This document shows positions 1 to 8,843 of a stretch of 18,087 nucleotides of DNA, one piece after another; position 1 is the first letter of the stretch, and the number at the start of each line of letters is the position of its first letter. The stretch is from Anaerohalosphaeraceae bacterium (GTDB taxonomy: Bacteria > Planctomycetota > Phycisphaerae > Sedimentisphaerales > Anaerohalosphaeraceae). Under the pieces are notes generated by a model. It saw only the letters and a program-made list of their open reading frames with translations, ran no database searches and had not been told where the DNA came from. The DNA lies in assembly GCA_050309605.1 (NCBI GenBank), contig JBNRMN010000051.1, positions 1-18,087 on the forward strand, in the 5' to 3' direction. The position numbers and the translations under genes were made by a program.

Positions 1-157
1 TTTTTTTCAGTCTTTCAGGCAACTCTTGTTTTAACCGAAACTTATGACGCCGTTTTTTTTACAATCGTCCGACCTGTTCAGAAAAAAATCCCCGACCCGC
101 ATGGATTGCTAAAGAAATGCTAAAAAGTAGAGCCGAAAAAAAGGAAGCGGCACAGAA

Positions 158-1231
158 CTACAGGTTTATTGGGATATGGGCCAGCCCTCCCCGCTGCGTT
201 GACTCTCGCAGCAGGGGGATAACCGGTACGACGATCTGCATGGGATTGGTGATCTCTCCGGTCAGTTGCCGCAACAGCAGCCGAACGGCTTCCTCATGCA
301 TATTGTACTGCGAACGGGTAAATGTGCTCAGCGGCGGGTCCAAATAGGGAGATACGGAATAGTCCCCCGTCCCCATCACGGCGATGTCGTTGGGAATGCG
401 TAATCCGTGCTGCTTGATTGCGTGGTACGCCCCAACGGCCAAGCTGTCTGTTATCGCGTACAGGCTGTCGATCGTCCCCCCGTTTTTCAGAAACTGATGC
501 ATTGCCTCATAGCCGTCTTTTTCGCTGAATCCTTTACTGACGATCTGGACCGGCTCTTGGCCCGTCAGCCGGCGGCCATCTTCAATAAATCCATCAAGTC
601 GGGCAATTGTGGTTTGCGTCATCAATTCCGCCCGCAGGACCGCCATCTGTTCACTTTGGGTGGAATACAGAATGTCGGCGGCTTGTTTTCCGGTCATATC
701 GCCCATGTCGCGTACAGAAGAGTGATTCGGAATATCACGGCCGATAAATACGGATGGGATTTGCATGGGGTGGTCGCTCAAAAACAGGTCATCATCAGGG
801 ACCGTATTGGCAATAATCGCGGCGTTGAATCGACTTCCATCGATAATCCCGGGCAGATCTTTGAGCCGTCCCGCCTCGAACATATCCACTGTGGTCGTGA
901 TATTAAGCTGCTCGAAAGAGGGTTCTTTGGCGATTTTTCGCAAGGCCGACAACGTCACACTGATCAGCGGTAACGGGGCCTCGAATGAAGTGATAATCGC
1001 CAGGATAGTGGGATGGTTTGCCGAACCGTAAGTACGGAGTGTGCGCGCCGAAATATTGGGCTTATAGCCCATCTTCCGAGCCGCTTCCTGCACGATTTCT
1101 ACGGTTTTCGGTGAGATGCGCCGTTCCTTATGCCGGTTGTTCAACACAGATGAGATTGTGGCAATTGACAGGCCGAGCTGCTTGGACAAATCGGTAATGG
1201 TGACAGGACTGTGAACAGGGGTTTTAGCCAT
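158..1231 (-). CDS. LacI-family transcriptional regulator (~357 aa)
   Basis: N-terminal HTH 'VTITDLSKQLGLSIATISSVLNN', hinge 'MGYKPNISARTL', and C-terminal sugar-binding domain 'DSLAVGAYHAIKQHGLRIPNDIAVMG...LDPPLST'. Start moved from 1375 to the ATG at 1231, which has an upstream GGAG (GTTGGAGAACTGCA-ATG) and puts the HTH at the N-terminus. Confidence 0.95.
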   Translation of the reverse strand: MAKTPVHSPVTITDLSKQLGLSIATISSVLNNRHKERRISPKTVEIVQEAARKMGYKPNISARTLRTYGSANHPTILAIITSFEAPLPLISVTLSALRKIAKEPSFEQLNITTTVDMFEAGRLKDLPGIIDGSRFNAAIIANTVPDDDLFLSDHPMQIPSVFIGRDIPNHSSVRDMGDMTGKQAADILYSTQSEQMAVLRAELMTQTTIARLDGFIEDGRRLTGQEPVQIVSKGFSEKDGYEAMHQFLKNGGTIDSLYAITDSLAVGAYHAIKQHGLRIPNDIAVMGTGDYSVSPYLDPPLSTFTRSQYNMHEEAVRLLLRQLTGEITNPMQIVVPVIPLLRESTQRGGLAHIPINL

Positions 1232-1605
1232 TGCAGTTCTCCAACATGTGACCGTATTCGGTCGGCCATCAAAAAGACTTTTACGATCCACGAAAAAGGG
1301 CCGTTCAGGATCGATCGGACACAATCCACCCCAAGCGGCTGGCGTATTGTAAAATGGTTTCAACTCAATAACCACCTAAAAAAGCTAAAACTCAATCCTC
1401 TATGTTCATAACTTGTTTATAAAAAGCAGGTTATAATTTTTTAAAAAATAAATTATTTTTTCATTTTGTGCTAAAACTTTTTCCTGTTACCTTAACTCAG
1501 ACGGCTTTGACAGTGCCTTGGACAAGATCGGCCCACGCCGGTGAAAATGACGGAAGTTAGGGGTATGCTAACACAATCAATCGCAACATAAATAAATAGG
1601 TCGTT
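1232..1605. promoter_or_regulatory. AT-rich divergent promoter region between the LacI gene and the symporter operon
   Basis: Non-coding gap between divergent genes. It is strongly AT-rich at ~1375-1495, with TATAAT at 1432-1437 and an imperfect inverted repeat at 1408-1434. Exact -35/-10 pairs could not be assigned. Confidence 0.6.
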
Positions 1606-3282
1606 ATGCACGGTTCTCATAATCACTTTACCTCCATTGACTGGATCGTTCTGGTGGTCTATTTTTGCGGGACGATGAGTATTGGTTTTTATTTCTACCG
1701 CAAAAGCCGGTCCAGTGAAGGGTATATGGCCGCCGGACGTTCGCTGCCGGGCTGGGCGTGCGGGTTGTCCATCTTCGCAACGTATTTAAGCAGCATCAGC
1801 TTTTTGGCCCTGCCCGGCAACGCCTTCTCAAGCAACTGGAACGCCTTTGTCTTCAGTCTGTCTCTGCCCATCGCCGCATGGATTGCGGTACGCTTCTTTC
1901 TGCCCTATTATCGCGCCAGCGGCGAAGTATCCGCCTATGCGATGCTCGAACATCGATTTGGCCCCTGGGCGCGATTTTATGCCAGCTTCTTTTATCTGAT
2001 GACTCAGCTTGCCCGTATGGGGGTGGTGATGTATCTGATGGCCCTGCCGCTGAGTGTCCTGCTGGGCTGGGACATCCGAACCATTATTGTCGTTACGGGC
2101 ATTTCGGTTACTGTTTACACCTTTGTCGGCGGTATCGTCGCGGTCATCTGGTCCGACGCCCTGCAGGCAATCGTGCTGATGGCCGGAGCGGCGCTGTGCT
2201 CTGTGCTGATGCTGTTTCGAATGCCCGACGGACCGGGGCAAATGATGCAAATCGCGTTAGATAACCACAAATTCAGTCTCGGCGGTTTTGGCGCTTCACT
2301 GGCCGAATCAACCTTCTGGGTCGTTCTGGTCTATGGCATCGCAATGAATCTGCAAAATTTCGGTATTGACCAAAGCTATATCCAGCGCTATATCGCCTCC
2401 AAATCCGACCGGGAAGCCCGCAAAAGCGTTTGGCTGGGCGGCTTGCTGTATGTCCCGGTCTCTGCGGTGTTTTTTTTCATCGGCACCCAGCTTTTCGCGT
2501 TTTACAAAGTCAACCCCGACTACCTTCAGGAAGTTCGTTACATTGTCGCCGATCAGCGGCTGATGCAGCAGCACGTCGGCAGCGACCAACCCGACTATGC
2601 CGCCCGGCGTGATGCGATTGCTCAGTCCTTGACCACTGAGCAGATCGGCGACCGAGTCTTTCCGCATTTTATCGGGCGTATGCTGCCGCCGGGACTGACG
2701 GGCCTGCTGATCGCGTCCATATTTGCCGCCGCCATGAGCACGGTCTCGACCAGCCTGAACTCGTCGGCAACCCTGTTGACCACCGACTGGTACAAGCGCT
2801 GCTTCAAACCGGCGGCCACCGAAAAACAGACGATGCTGGTCTGCTCGTCCGCGACGGTGATCTGGGGCATTCTGGGCACACTGATTGCCCTGATTCTGGT
2901 GCGTCTGACCGAAAGTGCCCTTGATATCTGGTGGACGCTGTCCGGTATCTTCAGCGGCGGCATGCTTGGGCTGTTTCTTCTGGGCATCATCAGTCGGAAA
3001 GCGACCAATCCCGTAGCCATTGTTTCTGTTTTGTGCGGTATTTTCCTGATCGTCTGGATGACGCTGTCGCCTCAGGCCCCCGGCTGGCTGGAGGCAATGG
3101 GGTTTTCCCAAATCGCCGTCCGCTGGGCAGGCGTCCTTCAAAGCCCGTTCCACCGCTTTCTCATTCCCGTCTTCGGCACGGCAACCATTCTGTTTGTCGG
3201 TCTTCTCATGGGTTGCTGTTTTAACTCCGTTCAGGACGCCACGTCAGGTCAAGTCAATAAAACCATTAAACCGAAAGGGTAG
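1606..3282 (+). CDS. Sodium:solute symporter (SSS/SLC5 family, SiaT/sugar-type; 558 aa)
   Basis: Many hydrophobic helices and SSS motifs '[11 protein letters not shown]', '[17 protein letters not shown]', '[13 protein letters not shown]', 'DQSYIQRY', '[21 protein letters not shown]'. Confidence 0.95.
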   Translation: MHGSHNHFTSIDWIVLVVYFCGTMSIGFYFYRKSRSSEGYMAAGRSLPGWACGLSIFATYLSSISFLALPGNAFSSNWNAFVFSLSLPIAAWIAVRFFLPYYRASGEVSAYAMLEHRFGPWARFYASFFYLMTQLARMGVVMYLMALPLSVLLGWDIRTIIVVTGISVTVYTFVGGIVAVIWSDALQAIVLMAGAALCSVLMLFRMPDGPGQMMQIALDNHKFSLGGFGASLAESTFWVVLVYGIAMNLQNFGIDQSYIQRYIASKSDREARKSVWLGGLLYVPVSAVFFFIGTQLFAFYKVNPDYLQEVRYIVADQRLMQQHVGSDQPDYAARRDAIAQSLTTEQIGDRVFPHFIGRMLPPGLTGLLIASIFAAAMSTVSTSLNSSATLLTTDWYKRCFKPAATEKQTMLVCSSATVIWGILGTLIALILVRLTESALDIWWTLSGIFSGGMLGLFLLGIISRKATNPVAIVSVLCGIFLIVWMTLSPQAPGWLEAMGFSQIAVRWAGVLQSPFHRFLIPVFGTATILFVGLLMGCCFNSVQDATSGQVNKTIKPKG

Positions 3283-3289
3283 AAAAGTG

Positions 3290-4678
3290 ATGCGAAAAGC
3301 CATGATTGCCGCTGTGCTGTCAAGTAGTGTTTGGGTGCTATTGTGCAATGCCCACGGAAAAGAAAGTACCATGAGCTATCGTCATTTCAATGTAATCGAG
3401 CACGACGGAAAAGTATCCTCCACTGAACCCATCCCGGCAGACCCTGCGCCATTGTGGGCACAAGATGTATTGCAGGAGCGATGGGATTGGTCCAACGGTC
3501 CGAATCCTGATTTGCCGTATTTTCAAGGCCCCATTCCCTTCGTGCTGCCGCCAAAAGAAGGCTCCGATGAACCGTTTTATGGACACAATCACCAACCGGA
3601 TATCACGTGGCTTGCCAATGGCGATCTAATGGCCATCTGGTACACAACCCGGCAAGAAGTGGGAACTGAGCTGACCGTTCTGGCCAGTCGAAAACGCGCC
3701 GGCAGCAGCCGCTGGGATCCGTCATCGGAATTTTTCTCAGCGCCTGATCGCAATATGCACGGCTCGGCCCTTCTGCATGACGGCAAAGGAACCGTCTTTC
3801 ATTTCAATGGAATGGGACGACAAGGGGAAACAGGTTGGACGAACTTGGCGTTGCTGTTGCGTATCAGTACAGACAACGGACGAACATGGACACCGGCACG
3901 CCCGATTTCATCCGGAGCGGAATACAAACGCCGCCATCAGGTGATTGCCGGAACGGTGCTGATGCAAAACGGAACGCTCGCCCAGCCCTGCGATGCGGTT
4001 CCCAGCATGGAAGGGGGAACCGCCCTTCACCTCAGTCGCGACGGCGGACAGACATGGAGTGATCCCGGCCAGGGAAAACCCGCACCGACGTTTGCCCAGC
4101 ATGCCGTCGGACAGGGGACGATTGCCGGCATTCATGCCGGCGTCGCTGAACTGAAGGATGGTCGCTTGATGGCACTGGGACGCGGAAACAATATCCAGGG
4201 ACGTATGCCGATGAGCCTTTCGGATGATCTTGGTAAAACCTGGATTTATTCGGCCAGCCCGTTTCCCCCCATCGGCGGCGGCCAGCGGCTTGTTTTGATG
4301 CGGCTGCGCGAAGACCCGCTCTTGTTGATCTCATTTACCGAGCCTGGCGCCCAGGCCGGCCGAGAACCGAGCGTCGGCATGGAATTTACCGATGCCGATG
4401 GAAACAGCTTTACGGGGTATGGAATGTATGCGGCGCTGTCCTATGATGAAGGTCAAACGTGGCCGACACGCAAACTGCTGACACCGGGTAAAGGTGATTT
4501 TGATGGTGGAGCGTGGACACGGACATTTACCGCAACCCCCACTCGCGCCGAACACGCCGGGTATCTGGCCGCAACTCAGACGCCTGACGGCGTGATCCAT
4601 CTGATCAGCAGTCGTCTGCACTACCAGTTTAATCTAAAATGGCTTCAGACGCCTTCGCCTTCAATCGACAGCAACTAA
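3290..4678 (+). CDS. Secreted BNR/Asp-box beta-propeller protein, sialidase (GH33)-like fold (~462 aa)
   Basis: Four Asp boxes: STDNGRTW, SRDGGQTW, SDDLGKTW, SYDEGQTW. A 'GY' lies near the C-terminus. Signal-peptide-like N-terminus 'MRKAMIAAVLSSSVWVLLCNAHG'. Start moved from 3194 to the ATG at 3290, just after the SSS stop with AAAGGG upstream. Confidence 0.85.
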   Translation: MRKAMIAAVLSSSVWVLLCNAHGKESTMSYRHFNVIEHDGKVSSTEPIPADPAPLWAQDVLQERWDWSNGPNPDLPYFQGPIPFVLPPKEGSDEPFYGHNHQPDITWLANGDLMAIWYTTRQEVGTELTVLASRKRAGSSRWDPSSEFFSAPDRNMHGSALLHDGKGTVFHFNGMGRQGETGWTNLALLLRISTDNGRTWTPARPISSGAEYKRRHQVIAGTVLMQNGTLAQPCDAVPSMEGGTALHLSRDGGQTWSDPGQGKPAPTFAQHAVGQGTIAGIHAGVAELKDGRLMALGRGNNIQGRMPMSLSDDLGKTWIYSASPFPPIGGGQRLVLMRLREDPLLLISFTEPGAQAGREPSVGMEFTDADGNSFTGYGMYAALSYDEGQTWPTRKLLTPGKGDFDGGAWTRTFTATPTRAEHAGYLAATQTPDGVIHLISSRLHYQFNLKWLQTPSPSIDSN

Positions 4679-4688
4679 GGATAACCCT

Positions 4689-5771
4689 ATGGAAACGCTA
4701 TCAGTGACTGACATTAAAAAAAATCGACATCGTGATTTCTGGAATGGGAAACTGAAAGGGCTGATCCTGATCCCTCCGTCGGATGTGCCGCTCTATGAAA
4801 CCGATCATTATCGTCAACAGTTTGAAGATACCCAGACGATGTGGGATGTGGAGTTGCGTCGGACCGAAGGCGTCAACCACTGGCCGACCGACGGCCTTGC
4901 CACAGTGCGTCCCAATCTGGGTACGATTTTTATCCCCGCTATTGCAGGACAGACGTACACCGTTGGCGACGGCCATATGCCCTGGCCGGGAAAGCCGCTG
5001 ACATTGCAGCAAATTCGCGAGGCACGCAAGATAGACGTCGAGCAATCGGAGATGTTCCGGCGTGCGGCGGCCTTTTACCGGATTTATCTTCAAAATAAAC
5101 CGGACGGCGTCTTTGCCTATCATCCCGACACACAGGGTATTTTCGACTTGGTGCATCTTCTCTATGGAGACGAGCTGTTCTATGAGCTTGCCGATCCTGA
5201 ACAATCGGCACAAATCCATGAGTTGATGAACATTTGTCTGGACTTGTTCTGTAATGTCACTCGACAGGTCAAAACACTGCTGAACGAACCGATGGGAGAA
5301 ATGGTGCACGGGCACGGAACCGGCCAGGGGGTCTTCTTTCCTTCCGCCGGTACACGGATATCGGAAGACACCGCCACGCTGCTCAGCCCAGCCATGATTG
5401 AAGCGTTTGTTCTTCCGTATATTCAAAAGGCGGCCGATTGTTTTGGCGGGGCCTTTGTTCATTATTGTGGACAGCACGAAGCATTTTTCGAGATGCTGTG
5501 CAAGATGCCGTCGGTTAAGGCGATTGATTTGGGCAATCCGGAAAAATATGACACCCGATGGCTGCTGGAATGCTGCTGCCGTACCGATACCGTCTTATAC
5601 AGCCGGCTGGCCGCTCAGGACGGAGAAACCTGTCGTGATTATGTCCGGCGGATTGCCGAAGGGGTTAAAAAAACCGGCGCCCGCTGCATTTTTCGCCCTG
5701 TCTTGGTTCCTGATCAGCTACATGAAGCTCAACAGGTTTACACCCAGTGGCATGAAATAGTCAACGGCTAA
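4689..5771 (+). CDS. Uroporphyrinogen decarboxylase / MtaA-CmuA methyltransferase superfamily protein (360 aa), not a true HemE
   Basis: Motifs 'PDTQGIFDLVHLLYGDELFYELAD', 'SEDTATLLSPAMIEAFVLPY' and 'VHYCG' (H-x-C). Lacks the HemE 'RQAGR' motif. RBS TAAGGA overlaps the upstream stop. No signal peptide. Confidence 0.8.
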   Translation: METLSVTDIKKNRHRDFWNGKLKGLILIPPSDVPLYETDHYRQQFEDTQTMWDVELRRTEGVNHWPTDGLATVRPNLGTIFIPAIAGQTYTVGDGHMPWPGKPLTLQQIREARKIDVEQSEMFRRAAAFYRIYLQNKPDGVFAYHPDTQGIFDLVHLLYGDELFYELADPEQSAQIHELMNICLDLFCNVTRQVKTLLNEPMGEMVHGHGTGQGVFFPSAGTRISEDTATLLSPAMIEAFVLPYIQKAADCFGGAFVHYCGQHEAFFEMLCKMPSVKAIDLGNPEKYDTRWLLECCCRTDTVLYSRLAAQDGETCRDYVRRIAEGVKKTGARCIFRPVLVPDQLHEAQQVYTQWHEIVNG

Positions 5772-5826
5772 GAGTTTGTGTCTTAAACGTCTTTACAAAG
5801 TCAAACCATGCGATTTGGAGCTACAT

Positions 5827-7242
5827 TCAGGTCGGCATTTTTTCAAACCAAGCCAGCAGTTTGGGTTTTAACAAACTGACGATTTCAGGATATTTTTCTG
5901 CAACATTGGATTTCTCACCGATATCTTCAGCCAAGTTGTAAAGCTGCAAATCGCTTCCATCCGGATTGCAGAGCAGCTTCCAGTTGCTATCGCGAACAGC
6001 GAGCATCGGACTGACATAATCGGCTTTGCCCGGCTTGGGCTTATTCGGGTAATACCAGAAAAGGGGATTCTTGCGAACGAGTGGATTTCCGAACAGGGCT
6101 GGCCTGATGTCGCGGCCATCCAGTTGTGCATAAGCAGGCAGGTCAGCCCCGGTGAGCCTGCACAGAGTGGGGAATAAATCCACTCCGGAGGCCACGGTGG
6201 TTTCGTCCACGGCTCCGGCGGGAATCGTACCCGTCCAGCGGACGATAAACGGCACACGAATGCCGCCTTCGTACAGGCTCCATTTGCGCCCTCGTAAAGG
6301 CCCCACTTCTCCGGGTGGAAGATACCCTTCACGGTAATAATGCGGCCAATCCGTCGGCCCGTTATCGCTGGCAAAAATGACCAGCGTCCTTTCATTCAGT
6401 CCCATCCGAGACAGACCCTGCAATAAGCGCCCAACCTGGCGATCCATTTCATCCAAGACGGCAAAGAATTTTTGTTCATAAGGATTGTCCGTCACATCCT
6501 TGAATTTTTCCAGTTGATCGGGGGCGGGGATGAAGGGATCGTGCACGTCATTGAGCCAGAAATTGACATAAAACGGCTTCTCCTTGTGCCGTTGAATAAA
6601 GTCCAGCGTCTGGTCCACACGAATGCCGGTGATTTCATGCTTTTCTACCCAGGTGATCTGTCCTTGGCCAAGGGCGGCGCTTTGCCGTGAGAGACCGTCG
6701 TTTTTTATCAGCAGACGATCCCCCAGCCCTTCAAATGTCACTGATGATTCATCAAAGCCATAGGCCTGCGGATGCGGGGCGTCATCCACGTCGCGTCCGC
6801 CGCCCATGTGCCATTTGCCGAACTGAGCAGTCACATAGCCGGCAGTTTTGAGCTGTCGGGCCAGTGAAGGCGCTCGCGGATCCAGGTAGTCGGCCATATT
6901 ACGGTTTTGATTGGATCGTCGATTGTCAAGATAAGAATTGATGCGCCAGCGTGCAGGATACTGACCGGTGGTCATCGCTACACGGGCCGGTGAACACAGA
7001 GGGGAGTTGACATAGAACTGGGTAAACCGAGTCCCTTCATCAGCCAAGCGGTCGATATGGGGTGTTTTGATCTTGCTGTTGCCGTAACAGCTCAGATCGG
7101 CATACCCCATATCATCGATAAAAATGAACAGAATATTCGGCTTCGGGGCCGGGGGATCACCCATTACGGCGTGGGATACACCCGTCAGGGTCGCCGCCGT
7201 CAGACCGACAGCGGCGCGTTTCAGAAAGTCTCTGCGTTGCAT
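5827..7242 (-). CDS. Cys-type S1 sulfatase (arylsulfatase-like), Tat signal (~471 aa)
   Basis: Tat motif 'MQRRDFLK', 'KPNILFIFIDDMG', 'CSPAR', 'GKWHMG', 'SDNG', 'LYEGGIRVP', 'LYNLAEDIGE'. Start at 7242 (or 7245) has an upstream GGAG; the track start at 7299 is too long. Confidence 0.95.
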   Translation of the reverse strand: MQRRDFLKRAAVGLTAATLTGVSHAVMGDPPAPKPNILFIFIDDMGYADLSCYGNSKIKTPHIDRLADEGTRFTQFYVNSPLCSPARVAMTTGQYPARWRINSYLDNRRSNQNRNMADYLDPRAPSLARQLKTAGYVTAQFGKWHMGGGRDVDDAPHPQAYGFDESSVTFEGLGDRLLIKNDGLSRQSAALGQGQITWVEKHEITGIRVDQTLDFIQRHKEKPFYVNFWLNDVHDPFIPAPDQLEKFKDVTDNPYEQKFFAVLDEMDRQVGRLLQGLSRMGLNERTLVIFASDNGPTDWPHYYREGYLPPGEVGPLRGRKWSLYEGGIRVPFIVRWTGTIPAGAVDETTVASGVDLFPTLCRLTGADLPAYAQLDGRDIRPALFGNPLVRKNPLFWYYPNKPKPGKADYVSPMLAVRDSNWKLLCNPDGSDLQLYNLAEDIGEKSNVAEKYPEIVSLLKPKLLAWFEKMPT

Positions 7243-7294
7243 CATGATTCTCCAGATAGCGATTAATATGCATTTTACTGTTGATATTGTCTTT

Positions 7295-7321
7295 CTCAAA
7301 CGGACCCGCGGTCCACTTGAG
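7295..7321 (-). promoter_or_regulatory. Intercistronic stem-loop without U-tail (possible mRNA stability/processing element)
   Basis: Minus strand CTCAAGTGGACC-GCG-GGTCCGTTTGAG forms a 12-bp stem with two G-U pairs that pair only on the coding strand. It begins right after the stop at 7322. Confidence 0.55.
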
Positions 7322-8773
7322 CTACGTATTGTCTCTCAATCGAGATAACGCCAGCATTTCGGTCGCCGTTCCTTCATCCCCCTGCTGTGTCATCCAAGCC
7401 AGCAACTGTTCTCGCAATTGGGCTTTGACCGAGGTCAGCTTTTCGTCGGAAGCTAAATTGTCAAGCTCCCAGGGATCATTCTGAAGATCATAGAGTTCTT
7501 CTTCGGGACGATGCTGGTAAAAACGCACACGGGCCGCGATATCCTCGTCAGCTTCAGCACGCTTTCGCCATGAGGAAATCGGCTCTCCTCGCGTTGCCAT
7601 ATTTGTAAATCGCGCCTGCCAGTTTGGATTCCAGATGTATTTATACCGCTCGGAACGCACCGAGCGAATGGGGTACGCCTCCGGACCATTGTGAATCCCT
7701 TTGCTGGTTTGAACACCATATACATAGTTTCGGAAACGGTGCGTCTTGCCCTGCAGCACCTGCATCAAGCTGCGTCCGTCGAATCCTGTGCCGCCCAGGG
7801 CATCCGGTCGTCCGGGGTTAAAATTAGACGGATCACCGCCGGCGGCCTCAATGAACGTAGGCACCACATCCACATATTGCGTCATGGCGGCATTACGCGT
7901 ATTGGGTTTCACTTTGCCGGGCCAACGGACAATAAAAGCCGTCTTCAAACCGGTATCGTAACAGGTCCACTTGCCGCCGAACGGAAAGTCGCTGCCCTGT
8001 TCGGAGGTAAATACAACGATCGTTTTATCCGGACGGCCCAGACGTTCAACCACCTCCATACACTGGCCCAGCTGCTGATCCGCATACGTAATTTCATGGT
8101 AGTATTGACACAACAGCCGCCTCGTTTCAGGGGTATCTACCAGATACGGCGGCACTTGAATGGCGTCCGGATCATAAGAAACGCTCTCGATGGTTCGGTT
8201 CCAGGGACTGTGCGGCTGATTCGTTGCTATGATCAGACAATACGGCTGGGTCGGATCCCGTTGGATGAACGACTCTACTTTGCGAATATCCAGGTCAAGA
8301 CCTGACCCGTTGTCATGATGGCGACCGCCGAAATACTCAAACGGAAAGGAGGCCTCCGGCCCGTAATGCCGCTTGCCTTTCAGGCCGACCCGATAACCCA
8401 AAGATTTAAGATGATGTGCCAGGCTCTTGACCCCGTCATAGACCCGACTGTGGTTGGGCCAGGCCCCGCTGCGTACCGGAAAAAGACCAGTGTAAAGCTG
8501 TTGACGGGTCGGCGCACACATCGCCGTCGAGGTAAACATCGCATCAAAACACATGCCCTCACGGGCCAGTTTAGCCATGTTGGGCGTCTTGACCACGGTA
8601 CTGCCGTACGGTTCACAATCATGCCAGGTCATATCGTCTGCCACAAACAGTACCATGTCCGGCTTGTCGGGTTTGTCCCCTTCGGCCCAGCTCAATTTCG
8701 TTAAGCCCATCGCCATTAAAGACACACAGCCGGCCTGCTTGAGAAAATCACGTCGAAGCATGTGTTTGCTCAT
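7322..8773 (-). CDS. Cys-type S1 sulfatase, N-sulfoglucosamine sulfohydrolase (SGSH)-like, Tat signal (483 aa)
   Basis: 'MLRRDFLK', 'KPDMVLFVADD', 'CAPTR', 'GKRH', 'QPHSPW', 'GKWTCYDTGLK', 'RPEEELYDLQNDPWE'. RBS AAAGGA upstream. Confidence 0.93.
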   Translation of the reverse strand: MSKHMLRRDFLKQAGCVSLMAMGLTKLSWAEGDKPDKPDMVLFVADDMTWHDCEPYGSTVVKTPNMAKLAREGMCFDAMFTSTAMCAPTRQQLYTGLFPVRSGAWPNHSRVYDGVKSLAHHLKSLGYRVGLKGKRHYGPEASFPFEYFGGRHHDNGSGLDLDIRKVESFIQRDPTQPYCLIIATNQPHSPWNRTIESVSYDPDAIQVPPYLVDTPETRRLLCQYYHEITYADQQLGQCMEVVERLGRPDKTIVVFTSEQGSDFPFGGKWTCYDTGLKTAFIVRWPGKVKPNTRNAAMTQYVDVVPTFIEAAGGDPSNFNPGRPDALGGTGFDGRSLMQVLQGKTHRFRNYVYGVQTSKGIHNGPEAYPIRSVRSERYKYIWNPNWQARFTNMATRGEPISSWRKRAEADEDIAARVRFYQHRPEEELYDLQNDPWELDNLASDEKLTSVKAQLREQLLAWMTQQGDEGTATEMLALSRLRDNT

Positions 8774-8843
8774 TGATCAGTCCTTTTATTGCTGACAAAC
8801 GGGGCATCCCATAATCCATCTGTTTTTGGGTCTGTTCTTTTTT

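Noticed and set aside
132..151. Terminator after the LacI gene (GCCG...CGGC)
   Set aside because: Only a 4-bp stem with a large loop, too weak to support.
1232..1375. N-terminal extension of LacI given in the ORF track
   Set aside because: LacI HTH domains are N-terminal, and the ATG at 1231 has a good RBS.
1606..4678. Calling this a canonical sialic acid (nan) operon
   Set aside because: The propeller lacks the RIP motif, and no nanA/nanE/nanK-like genes are in the window.
2308..5477. Antisense ORFs 2308-3153 (281 aa) and 4701-5477 (258 aa), plus other short overlapping ORFs
   Set aside because: They lie entirely within well-supported genes on the opposite strand or frame and have no motifs.
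4689..5771. Calling this gene hemE
   Set aside because: It lacks the RQAGR porphyrinogen-binding motif and has no tetrapyrrole gene context.
5772..5826. Bidirectional terminator between the convergent operons
   Set aside because: No convincing stem-loop in the 55-bp gap.
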